Source of the DNA: a virus
Virus record (IMG/VR): IMGVR_UViG_3300045988_171772
Span: 1 to 64,000 of that record
Direction: 5' to 3' (one strand)
DNA: 64,000 nucleotides
The notes beneath the pieces are model-generated. The model did no database searches and was not told where the DNA came from. It worked only from the letters and a program-made list of their open reading frames with translations. The position numbers and the translations under genes are program-made. How positions within the stretch are numbered: position 1 is the stretch's first letter; each line of letters begins with the position of its first letter. Shown here one piece after another: positions 55,705-64,000 of the stretch.

Positions 55705-57195
55705 TTATTCTTTCATCATGTAATTGATGAAATTGAGTGCTTTGCCATTTCTTAAATAATCTATGACTCTTTTTCGAGATGAGACACAATAGTCAAATCC
55801 AAAGTCATAGAGCATGACAAAGAGGGCATAATGATTCGGATCCGTAGAAGGTCTCACACGACCAGCAGCCTGATTGGCTTGAATTCTACTAATCTGATCA
55901 CAGGAGATGACACACTGGATATTCGGCACATCCAAACCGACACTGAAGGTACCATAGGTGGCCACAATGATTCTCCCATGTTGCTTCGTATCCTCTTTGG
56001 CTTCATCTTCCATATCTCCATAATATTCCATCACAGGTCCCAGGGTGTCTTCATACTTCTCTTTGACTCTGTGATAGATCTGATGAAGTCCATCCACAAA
56101 AGATGTTAGAATCAGAATTCTGGCATCCTTCTGGAATTTCTCAGAGTCTCTCAACTTATCCAGAATCACTTCAATACTCTGATAGAAGATCTCCTGGGTA
56201 TACTCATATCTCATATAATCCAAGATAGAGAAACCAATCTTCTTCTCGGTAGATTTAATAGCTCTCAGAGGAGGATGGGAATTGTAGATGATGGACATAC
56301 AGGTCACATACCGAACTCCCTTATTGGAAGTGGGTAAGATCGGTACATTCTTGAAGATATTCCGATATTTGTATGCCTTTGTGTTGCTAGACTGATTATA
56401 GTCGGCAGTCAGATAGTAGGTATACTCCACACTGGTATAGGCATCAATGGCAACCATAGATCGGATACTATGATGGGCCTCATCATAGATCTTGACTCCA
56501 ATTCCAAGAGAAGCAAAGAGATCGCTGATACCAGGATATCCATACTTCTTCGCATAGGAAGTCAACGTCTCATGGGAGATGAGAAAGATATCATAGCTGT
56601 GATATTTGAAGGGATTCTTCCTCATTCTCTCTAACATTTCCGATCCCTTGACTGTCAAGATTCTCTCTTTGGGAAGATCAGTTCTCTCCTCAAAGACTTC
56701 AGACCACTGATTGATCAATCGATCCATATAGGTGATCATCACAGTCTTCTTCTGATGGAATTGCAGCATATAGATCATAGCCAAGGTCTTACCAAAACCA
56801 GTCTGCATATTACAGAAGATCCTTCGATGTCCATTTCGGATTGCCATCTGTGCTTCCTCAATGAATTGAACCTGCTGAGGTCGTAATTCATCGATATTCA
56901 CCTGGAATGGATAACATGCCTCTGCTACTGTAGGTGGTACCATAACCGGAAGATATCCAGGAAAGTATTGACCTACTAGAAATTCCATGGATAGATCTGA
57001 GGGACATACAAAGACATGCTCTTTGGTCAGATAGAATCCGGAATAGGGCACAGCAAACTTTGCATTCTTTCTCCGGATACTGTATCTCTTTTCAAAATCC
57101 GGAGATAAATTGGATTTATAGGGACTGATCATCGTCCCTGTCGTCGTTCGATAGACATATCTCTCATGGTTGTCCATCCAACTTGCTTTTGGCAT
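55705..57195 (-). CDS. SF2 DEAH-box helicase (UvsW/Rad25-type)
   Basis: Motif I MQTGFGKT, motif II YDEAHH, motif III LTAD, motif VI QAAGRVRP. Confidence 0.85.
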   Translation of the reverse strand: MPKASWMDNHERYVYRTTTGTMISPYKSNLSPDFEKRYSIRRKNAKFAVPYSGFYLTKEHVFVCPSDLSMEFLVGQYFPGYLPVMVPPTVAEACYPFQVNIDELRPQQVQFIEEAQMAIRNGHRRIFCNMQTGFGKTLAMIYMLQFHQKKTVMITYMDRLINQWSEVFEERTDLPKERILTVKGSEMLERMRKNPFKYHSYDIFLISHETLTSYAKKYGYPGISDLFASLGIGVKIYDEAHHSIRSMVAIDAYTSVEYTYYLTADYNQSSNTKAYKYRNIFKNVPILPTSNKGVRYVTCMSIIYNSHPPLRAIKSTEKKIGFSILDYMRYEYTQEIFYQSIEVILDKLRDSEKFQKDARILILTSFVDGLHQIYHRVKEKYEDTLGPVMEYYGDMEDEAKEDTKQHGRIIVATYGTFSVGLDVPNIQCVISCDQISRIQANQAAGRVRPSTDPNHYALFVMLYDFGFDYCVSSRKRVIDYLRNGKALNFINYMMKE

Positions 57196-57221
57196 CTGAT
57201 TTCATCCTCTCATAAGGAAAT

Positions 57222-57818
57222 TTATACGAGAATGGGATAGAGATCACAATCAATGAGCTTCTTAGTAGGAACGCCCTCATTGATTCTCAGATAATCTAAC
57301 TTACTCCCATTCTCAAAGTGATTTTCTCGATCGGCACTGATCTTATCCAAAGTCAATACCACATCCGAAGTCAAGACTCCCAAATCTACCTCATGATAGC
57401 AGAATGCAATCGGAGTCTTGTAGGATCCTTCGAATTCGTACATGTTATAGTTGCAGAGATGAATCCTTGGATCAAATCTTTTGGTAGGTTTCGGTAACCA
57501 CCCGGATCGTACCTCCATATCATCTCCCATAGGGATTACCAACCATCCCAAGAAGACCTTTACTCTGAGATCTCTTCCGACTCTCATATAGGGTCTCTGA
57601 AATAGATAATTCAAGAAATTCGGATTGTCTTCCTGTTTATTCAATAGATGCAGGATTCCTTTTACGGTATCGGTATCATCATACCGAAAGAAGGACACTC
57701 CATTCTTCGGATAGATGGGAAGATCATTGCTCTTTGTGGCGGAATCATACAAAAGCCGTATCGATTCCTTGACAAAGGTCTTCTCTCCACTGCTGCGAAA
57801 CCTCTTCAAACCAAACAT
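57222..57818 (-). CDS. hypothetical protein
   Basis: GAAAGGAAAG RBS. TATATCAT variant motif about 38 nt upstream. Confidence 0.7.
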   Translation of the reverse strand: MFGLKRFRSSGEKTFVKESIRLLYDSATKSNDLPIYPKNGVSFFRYDDTDTVKGILHLLNKQEDNPNFLNYLFQRPYMRVGRDLRVKVFLGWLVIPMGDDMEVRSGWLPKPTKRFDPRIHLCNYNMYEFEGSYKTPIAFCYHEVDLGVLTSDVVLTLDKISADRENHFENGSKLDYLRINEGVPTKKLIDCDLYPILV

Positions 57819-57976
57819 ATAGATCTTTCCTTTCTTTTTAACTTACTCCACGAAAATGATATATTAAGAAAAGTTTATTTTTCTAAACCGAATTTATTTT
57901 AAAGGTTAAAATCCCTATAGACGGATAAGAAGGTATATGAGTAATACGAATCTTACTCATATACCTTCTTCAAAGA

Positions 57977-58243
57977 TTACTGAGGAGTCTCTGTTTCATT
58001 GGAATCTTCTTCCACCTGTTTTGAACTCTGAATCTCGACAATCTGCTTCACAGATTTATCCAAAGATGCAGCATACTTTACCAAAGCCGCCATATTCTTA
58101 TCATTGGAGATATGGAAATGCTTCAGGCGAATCAAGATCAACTCCAACTGGACACTAATCTTGACAATAATGGCGATAAAGAAGATGATGATCAAGAGTT
58201 CGAAAGTAGGCATGTCTTGTGCACCACGCTTTCTGAATTTCAA
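57977..58243 (-). CDS. small membrane protein (start uncertain)
   Basis: TM FELLIIIFFIAIIV. TTG or an internal ATG start. Confidence 0.45.
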   Translation of the reverse strand: MKFRKRGAQDMPTFELLIIIFFIAIIVKISVQLELILIRLKHFHISNDKNMAALVKYAASLDKSVKQIVEIQSSKQVEEDSNETETPQ

Positions 58244-58260
58244 AAGATTTATAGGTAGGT

Positions 58261-58473
58261 TTAGTTACCTCTCTGTGTCAACCAGAAGATGATCGCTACT
58301 GCAATCATAACCACAATCACAAAGTGTAGAATTCCTTGGAAGACTTCGATGAAGATGGAAAATGCTTCTAGGATGACAGCAGCTTTGAATATCATCGGAA
58401 AGACGAAGATGGCGACTGCCAATAGAAGAATGGAACCCAAAATGATCCATACTATGATCGATAATTTCTTCAT
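58261..58473 (-). CDS. small membrane protein (3 TM)
   Basis: GAAAGGAG upstream. 70 aa, almost entirely hydrophobic. Confidence 0.55.
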   Translation of the reverse strand: MKKLSIIVWIILGSILLLAVAIFVFPMIFKAAVILEAFSIFIEVFQGILHFVIVVMIAVAIIFWLTQRGN

Positions 58474-58540
58474 AAAAGGACAATCAGCTCCTTTCTATAC
58501 AGTGTCTCCTCTTCTTTTTCTTTATTTCTATGTAAATATG

Positions 58541-58586
58541 TAAAAAGAAAGGCTATGAGAGCTTATATTAACGCCTCATAGCCTTT
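58541..58586 (-). terminator. terminator of the RNAP operon
   Basis: AAAGGCTATGAG...CTCATAGCCTTT, T-runs on both strands. Confidence 0.7.
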
Positions 58587-58597
58587 TTAGATTTTCT

Positions 58598-60655
58598 TTA
58601 GATCATGACATCACTGCCATCATCATCCGGAATGATGGAGCTCACCTTGGATACAAAGAGAGGATCCAGATGAGAGGATGCTGTCTTCTCATAGAATTCC
58701 GGAGAGAGCAGCTGCTTCTTCAGATATCCATAAGACAGAGAGATGACCGGAGAGGGATTCTTAAAGAGAGCATCATTCAATCTCAGAATGACGTAATCAT
58801 TCAGATCCCCATTGGGTCCAAAGTCAGGGTCTTCATAGACATTGCTCTTCTTCCGGATGAGAGCACGTACCAGCATCTCCATATGGACGAAGTTGTAGTC
58901 AATGCCTGCTTCCAACTGCTGCTCTGCCATCATCTGCAAGACTTCATCAATGGTATTGCAACCCATACGGTCGTTGGTATTGAGAAGCTTGTTGATATTC
59001 TTAATGGGCCGAGTCAGCTCCTGCGATTTGACCTCTACATTGAAGAGGACCGAAGAGTCATCATCGAAATTCTCCAGAGAGATGGGCTTGCTCCGATCTT
59101 TCTGCTTCAGAATCATAGAAGCCAACTGATCACTCAGATAGAGTTTGGCTCCACCTTCTTCCTTGATGGGATAGAGCACTCGACCAGAGAAGTCGATGAT
59201 ATTGAAAGAGTTGCAATAGTAATCAACCGTATCCTCGGTCTCTTCTTTGAGAATCTCCGGAATCTGGATAAAGAGTTCTTCATCCGATTCTGCATTCGAC
59301 TTCATTGTGATGTCGTTGGAGTAGAGCTCAAACTGCTCATCGAACTCCGGAGACATGACGATGGGATCACTGTGGGTCATCTGCAGATGCTTGGAAGAAA
59401 GGACACGCTGACCCAGAGGTTCAGTCACCTTCATAGCAGCATAGGCACCAGCAGAATAGAGATCCTTATTCAACTCAAAGAGTCCACCATAGCAGTAGGC
59501 ACAGATACCATCCCGAGATGCACAGGTACAAGGAGAACGGAACTGAATGTGATGACCAATCAGATCCTTGTCTCTCTTATAGCTCAGCATTTTCAGATCC
59601 CCGTTCTCGTCATAGTAATACCGACGATCGAGCATCTTGAGGAATTTGTCATCCTTGATGAAGTATGTAACCGGCTTGGATGTATTGCACTTGAGATAAT
59701 CTCTTCTCAATTGCACAGCTGTCGCAGCAGTGGTTGCCTTCTTGGAGAATGCGCCAGGCTCACCCATCTTGGTCTTGGACATAATCAGAGACTTACGACC
59801 AGACATGGCATCCAGATAATACGCAGAGGGACTGCTGATGCCATCCACTAAGATATTCTTGTCGATCAGATGAGGAACGGTGGTACCATTGATGTCAGAC
59901 TTCAAGCCGATCATAATGGCGATCTCTTTAAACTGACCTTTGCTCAGGTTATTGCCAGACTGGAAGAGAGGTTTCAGATCATTGTCTTCATCCTGTACGA
60001 AGAGATCAATCAATCTCGAAGTCCTCTTATCCAATTCTGCTTCAATCTCAATCGGCTGCAGATTGGGATCGAGTTTCTCATGCATGAGATAATCAATCTC
60101 AGGATTTCTCTTGGCAGCCTGAATGATGGAATAAACCGAAACGCCCAAACCAAAGATGGGAGAGAATGCCCGAGAAATGGCAGTCATATGATGGGTGATC
60201 TCATCAATGATGCGACTCTGGGTATGGAAATCCACATCGGTGATATTGGGAAGAATCATATCATTGATATACTCAGTGATCTGATTCATAGAGGCATTCT
60301 TGAAATCAAAGATGAAAGATTCATCCAGGATATCATAGCAGTCACATTCCATGAATGCATACCACAGAATGAGATTGCTCAAGAAATGCCGAATTTGTAA
60401 AGTATGCAGATTCTTTTTCTTATCCTTCTCATCTCCATGATGAATATAGAAGTGAATCGGCATGGTGCGGATCTCTTTGTCTTCGAATTTGTATTTCAGA
60501 ATATCCAAAAGATCCTGGTAGACTTCCTCAAAGGAATCCTTATCCTTCAGGATATCATCGAGGAAGAAATAGACGTTGCTGTAGGTGGACATCAATTCCT
60601 CGAAGGATTTCTTCGGATGCCCATCGTATTCAATCGTAATACCTGCTCCCATCAT
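58598..60655 (-). CDS. multisubunit RNA polymerase beta'-like subunit, C-terminal half
   Basis: Bridge-helix region SGNNLSKGQFKEIAIMIGLK...AMSGRKSLIMSKTKMGEPG and trigger-loop region FRSPCTCASRDGICAYCYG...AAMKVTEPLGQRVLSSKH parallel bacterial beta' (SGARG..Q..QL.GMRG; HGARKGLADTALKTA; RSPLTC...GVCA.CYG...IGEPGTQLTMRTFH). Confidence 0.8.
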   Translation of the reverse strand: MMGAGITIEYDGHPKKSFEELMSTYSNVYFFLDDILKDKDSFEEVYQDLLDILKYKFEDKEIRTMPIHFYIHHGDEKDKKKNLHTLQIRHFLSNLILWYAFMECDCYDILDESFIFDFKNASMNQITEYINDMILPNITDVDFHTQSRIIDEITHHMTAISRAFSPIFGLGVSVYSIIQAAKRNPEIDYLMHEKLDPNLQPIEIEAELDKRTSRLIDLFVQDEDNDLKPLFQSGNNLSKGQFKEIAIMIGLKSDINGTTVPHLIDKNILVDGISSPSAYYLDAMSGRKSLIMSKTKMGEPGAFSKKATTAATAVQLRRDYLKCNTSKPVTYFIKDDKFLKMLDRRYYYDENGDLKMLSYKRDKDLIGHHIQFRSPCTCASRDGICAYCYGGLFELNKDLYSAGAYAAMKVTEPLGQRVLSSKHLQMTHSDPIVMSPEFDEQFELYSNDITMKSNAESDEELFIQIPEILKEETEDTVDYYCNSFNIIDFSGRVLYPIKEEGGAKLYLSDQLASMILKQKDRSKPISLENFDDDSSVLFNVEVKSQELTRPIKNINKLLNTNDRMGCNTIDEVLQMMAEQQLEAGIDYNFVHMEMLVRALIRKKSNVYEDPDFGPNGDLNDYVILRLNDALFKNPSPVISLSYGYLKKQLLSPEFYEKTASSHLDPLFVSKVSSIIPDDDGSDVMI

Positions 60656-60658
60656 TCT

Positions 60659-61171
60659 TTACTCCTCTGCTTCCGTGTTGAGTTCTTCGGAAGGAATCTC
60701 CTCATCTTCCGAAGCTTCTTCTCCATGCACCTTCTTCTCAATCTCTTTGGAGACTTTCTTCATACGATTCTCCATCGCATTCTTCCAATCGGTGGAGGTA
60801 TCCTCCTTTTCTACGATTTTGATCTCGGCATACTTCAATCCATCAAACTGGACCGAAGAGTCATACTCATTGATGAATTTGAGATAGTCCTCCAGACTGT
60901 CAAAGGAGATCTCAACGGGGAATCCTTTGGCTTGACAGGTATCACTGTTATAGTATTCAGCAATCTCCTGGTGAATGTGGTATCCGGCATCACAAGGTTC
61001 CGGATTCGGATTGAAATAGAAGTTATCGAAGAGCTCCATGAAGGGAGTGAATGCACCACTCATACCGACATCGGAGTTGGAAGAGACATTCAGGTCGATC
61101 TTCCCAAGATAGGAGGGATGGATATTACGATATTTCTGGGAAATGATTTTAGAGCTCTGCTCACCTAGAGA
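60659..61171 (-). CDS. RNA polymerase beta-like subunit (N-terminal-half type), exon 2
   Basis: Starts SLGEQSSKIISQKYRNIHPSYLGKIDL..SDVGMSGAF (compare beta RDVHPSHYGR.CP.ETPEG.N.GL). In frame with exon 1 after intron removal. Confidence 0.75.
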   Translation of the reverse strand, partial: SLGEQSSKIISQKYRNIHPSYLGKIDLNVSSNSDVGMSGAFTPFMELFDNFYFNPNPEPCDAGYHIHQEIAEYYNSDTCQAKGFPVEISFDSLEDYLKFINEYDSSVQFDGLKYAEIKIVEKEDTSTDWKNAMENRMKKVSKEIEKKVHGEEASEDEEIPSEELNTEAEE

Positions 61172-61579
61172 CGACTTATAGGTTTCACTATAAGACTGAC
61201 TATATCTTACCCGAGATAAGGAGTTCTTTCTTATCTCGAATCTCTCCCGCTTTGATTGAATGGAATTACGATAGACTACTGTCATCTATCTACCAACTAA
61301 GAGAAGTCTCTTAGCTCTACTCTACTCAGTTCTACCTGAGGTATTCCTACCTAAGTTACCCTTTCGATAGTCGATGAACCTTATCCTACTTTCATAGGAT
61401 CTTGGCTGCGTGATTGGCCCTACTCTCGACCTTGTTACTATACCAACTGAAATAATGTCCTCTTTAGATCAAGTCCAGTTGCCATATAGGCAGTGATGTC
61501 TATATTTAGTAGTCGGGATTTGACAGGCTATCGTCCCCGCAATTCAAGAGAGTTTATACCGAACTCTTTCAGGTATCAA
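61172..61579 (-). ncRNA. group I self-splicing intron (no internal ORF)
   Basis: P AATTGCGGGG 61544-61535, Q AATCCCGAC 61520-61512, R GGTTCATCGACTATCG 61380-61365, S AAGATATAGTC 61208-61198. P1 ACCGAAU/GUUCGGU with U.G at the 5' splice site. P9 hairpin 61194-61175. Terminal G at 61172. Confidence 0.85.
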
Positions 61580-62956
61580 ATTCGGTCCTTTAGCAGAGAA
61601 ATAGAGATCTTGGAGCATGGTCATATCATTGACCAACTCATCGGATTTCACAAGGTCTCCAATGTTTCTCATGCCATTGATGATGATGTCCGAACCAAAG
61701 TTGAAGAGTTCCAGGAGGGTATCCATGGTATTCAACTTAGACTTGGACTTCTTCTCGATGAGCTTGTTGATATTCTCGTTGATCTTCTTTCCCAGAGAAG
61801 ACATAACGATGTATTCATTCTTCCGGATTCTCTTATTATCCAGATCCATATTATTCCGATTCTTGAGAGAATCAAAATCCAGGATCATCCATCTGAGAAT
61901 CGAGTAGATATTCTTCTTATAACAGTCAGGAAGACGGAGATTGACCTGGGTAATGGTATCCAAGAGTCTCTCGATCATATGCATGGTGGTTTTGCCCTTC
62001 TCTGCAAAGGTCTCGAGATTCTTAGAGTGAGCAGATCCAATGGAACCTACTCGACAGGTCCAATACATAGTATTCTCTACCGTCTCCATGGTCATAGGAA
62101 AGTCTGCAGACATGCAGGCCGCGATCATAGCGGTGAAGTTTCCTACAAACGGTACATTCTCCATGAGGTAACGATCTACCTGGAGAATGATCTCATTCAC
62201 CCCGAAATACCGATACCGCTCATGATCATACTGATCCGCATGATCATCAAAGAAGAGCTTATCGAAGGGGAGAATCTTGATGACATCCTGGAGGCCAAAG
62301 TAGGCAATGGTATTCTTCAATCCAATCTTCGCAGAGAAGATCATGACAGGATTGATGAATTTTACCTTGGCTGCTTTGGACTTGGATGCAAATCTCGTCT
62401 TCCGATTCAATGCATAGCTATAGGTAGAGAATTGCATGACCTCACCATTCATATCGATGAGAGGACGCTTCTTACTCTTATAGACGATGATCGGCATACG
62501 GGACTTCATCGTGATCTTACCCTTCTGACTATAGGTAGATGCATCCACCAGCTGCCAGAGAGCTTTCCACTTTTTGTTATTGAGGGTATAGAATCCATCA
62601 TACTCAATCGGAATCAGAATCTTCTTGACGATATTCCTCTCATTCTTATTCGTCTTGATGTTGACGTGGAACTGGATCTCACCCACTCGATTGGTAGCCA
62701 GATATTTGAATTTGGGAATGTCATAATTCCCAGACTTTCTTTTGTAGTTGATATTGACAGAGTGCTCATTCACATCCACTTTGTCAGGATCCACTACGAT
62801 GTCATACCCGGTGATGGTGATGTTTTCAATGGCTTCAAATTCTTTCATCGCCATCACAACCAGATCGGGAATGGGGATGTCATTCTCCGATCTCAGAAAA
62901 GGAAGATTGAGCTCCTTTTCCATAGGATTGGGAAATTGATAGATATAATTTAGCAT
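61580..62956 (-). CDS. RNA polymerase beta-like subunit, exon 1
   Basis: TAGGAGA RBS. Ends ..DLYFSAKGPN (compare beta ..SALGPGG). The ORF-track tail LIPERVRYKLS* lies inside the intron. Confidence 0.75.
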
Positions 62957-62982
62957 TTTCTGTGATCTCCTATGAGAATTTC

Positions 62983-63036
62983 AAGTAAAAGAAAAGGTGT
63001 CATTCCAGAGTTCTCTCTGTGAGATAACACCTTTTC
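62983..63036 (-). terminator. intrinsic terminator
   Basis: GAAAAGGTGT...ACACCTTTTC, followed by TTTTAC on the minus strand. Confidence 0.6.
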
Positions 63037-63044
63037 TTACGGAC

Positions 63045-63467
63045 TTACTTGGAGAATACGACCTTGGTCACATCCAGCTTCTGAGGATCGGTCTTGTTCG
63101 GTTTGGCCTCAAAGCTGCTGATCACCACCGGAGTGATATTCATCGTCTTCTGGTATTTCCCCAGAGGAAGACGAACTTCATCTCCTTCCTGAATGATCTC
63201 AGACTTCCAGTCATCTTCCGGAATCCTGGTGGTATAGATGACGACCTTCAGAATATGAACGGTGTCACCCACCAGGGCATTCAGCGGTTCCATAGGATCT
63301 TCTTTGGTGAAGTCCACCATACTCTCCAAGAGAGCTGCCACAGCAGTCTTCTCAGTGAGATAGAAGGACTCTTTCCGGGGATCGATCTTCATCGTTTCCC
63401 CATTCTTCATCTTGTATGCCTTATACAAGGTGAGGGTCTTTTTGGTACGAAGTGCTTCCGAAACCAT
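63045..63467 (-). CDS. hypothetical protein (GC3-rich)
   Basis: 140 aa, AAGAGG RBS, terminator at 62983-63036. Confidence 0.65.
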   Translation of the reverse strand: MVSEALRTKKTLTLYKAYKMKNGETMKIDPRKESFYLTEKTAVAALLESMVDFTKEDPMEPLNALVGDTVHILKVVIYTTRIPEDDWKSEIIQEGDEVRLPLGKYQKTMNITPVVISSFEAKPNKTDPQKLDVTKVVFSK

Positions 63468-63482
63468 CTTGTATCAGCCTCT

Positions 63483-64000
63483 TTATCCTTTCTCGGTAAA
63501 GGAATCCTGCTTGATGGTGAGCTTAGCGCATACACCAGGAAGGATTCGGAAGAACGGTTCACCCTTGCGGATGACGACAGAGACTTCGATCACATCACCC
63601 AGATTATACATGATGGTGTGACCCGTCTCTTCTGCCAACTCTGCCAGCGTGTCAAACATCCCTGCCAGGAAATAGCAGCCGACCATCGCCGGAAGATCTC
63701 CATCCATCGTCATGATGGCATGTTTCTCCTGAAGGTCTTTGATGGTCGAGGTGTTGATCCTTCTCATGAGATGCTCTTCATTCGGATCATCCGGATTGTG
63801 CATCCTGAGAATATGGACATCCTGACCATTCTGCTTGGTGACCGTCACGATGAATTTCTTCATGTCATCCAGATGGACTTCCATACAACGGTCAAAGACG
63901 ACATTCAGATTGCCGTCCTTCTCCTCATCGGCATCCTTGGCACTCAGATAGGCAGTCAGGATCGGCCACAGACTAAGCTGGGTAATCCCTTGACGTTTCG
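63483..64000 (-). CDS. hypothetical protein, C-terminal part (frame open to the right edge; GC3-rich)
   Basis: The reading frame of ORF 63483..63884 continues stop-free to 64000 (..KRQGITQLSLWPILTAYLSAKDADEEKDG..). Confidence 0.6.
   Translation of the reverse strand, partial: KRQGITQLSLWPILTAYLSAKDADEEKDGNLNVVFDRCMEVHLDDMKKFIVTVTKQNGQDVHILRMHNPDDPNEEHLMRRINTSTIKDLQEKHAIMTMDGDLPAMVGCYFLAGMFDTLAELAEETGHTIMYNLGDVIEVSVVIRKGEPFFRILPGVCAKLTIKQDSFTEKG

Noticed and set aside
61172-61285. The N-terminal 38 codons of track ORF 60659..61285 (MTVVYRN...) and the last 12 codons of ORF 61544..62956 (LIPERVRYKLS), taken as coding sequence.
   Set aside because: They contain the S element, the P9 hairpin, the P1 loop and the guide sequence of the group I intron. 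The spliced product restores the conserved beta motif without them.
1-64000. Genome-wide TGA reassignment (code 4 or 25), suggested by in-frame TGAs at 7073, 48586, 53778 and 46121.
   Set aside because: TGA terminates about a third of well-supported genes, often directly followed by an RBS or terminator. The isolated cases are better explained as pseudogenes, errors or local read-through.
1-64000. tRNA genes (especially an amber suppressor), rRNA, CRISPR arrays, integrase/att sites, transposases.
   Set aside because: I found no T-loop-type GGTTCGAATCC-like boxes in the non-coding gaps, no regularly spaced direct repeats and no recombinase motifs. A by-eye search is weak, so tRNAscan-SE or Infernal on the full genome is still needed.

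Overview
Densely coding DNA of about 40% GC with GGAGG-type RBSs and many hairpin+T-run terminators. It reads as part of a large (jumbo-type) virulent phage of a Firmicutes-like host, not a bacterial chromosome. Left edge: minus-strand tail-fibre genes. 3.9-27 kb: a plus-strand replication/early block with a family B DNA polymerase catalytic module, SSB-like protein, P-loop kinase, HAD phosphatase, GroEL-like chaperonin, Mre11/SbcD nuclease, DnaB-like and Dda/RecD-like helicases and a SpoIIID-like regulator. Most transcription units there are preceded by a recurring TATATTAT motif. 32.5-41.3 kb: an array of about 10 paralogous helical Lys/Ala/Glu-rich proteins plus gene remnants. 43.6-49 kb: a decaying accessory region with two divergent tail-collar fibre paralogs. 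49-63 kb (minus strand): a Rad50/SbcC-like ATPase, an SF2 helicase and two subunits of a phiKZ/AR9-style split multisubunit RNA polymerase. Main findings: (i) the RNAP beta-like gene is interrupted by a 408-nt ORF-less group I intron whose core elements and splice sites can be read directly. (ii) TAG terminates none of about 70 genes, yet it lies in frame inside at least two genes, suggesting amber reassignment or suppression. (iii) The paralog array. (iv) The phage-specific promoter motif and a duplicated ~130-nt non-coding element. I recognised no rRNA, tRNA, CRISPR array, integrase or transposase. All functional calls rest on motifs read by eye and need HMM or structure searches.
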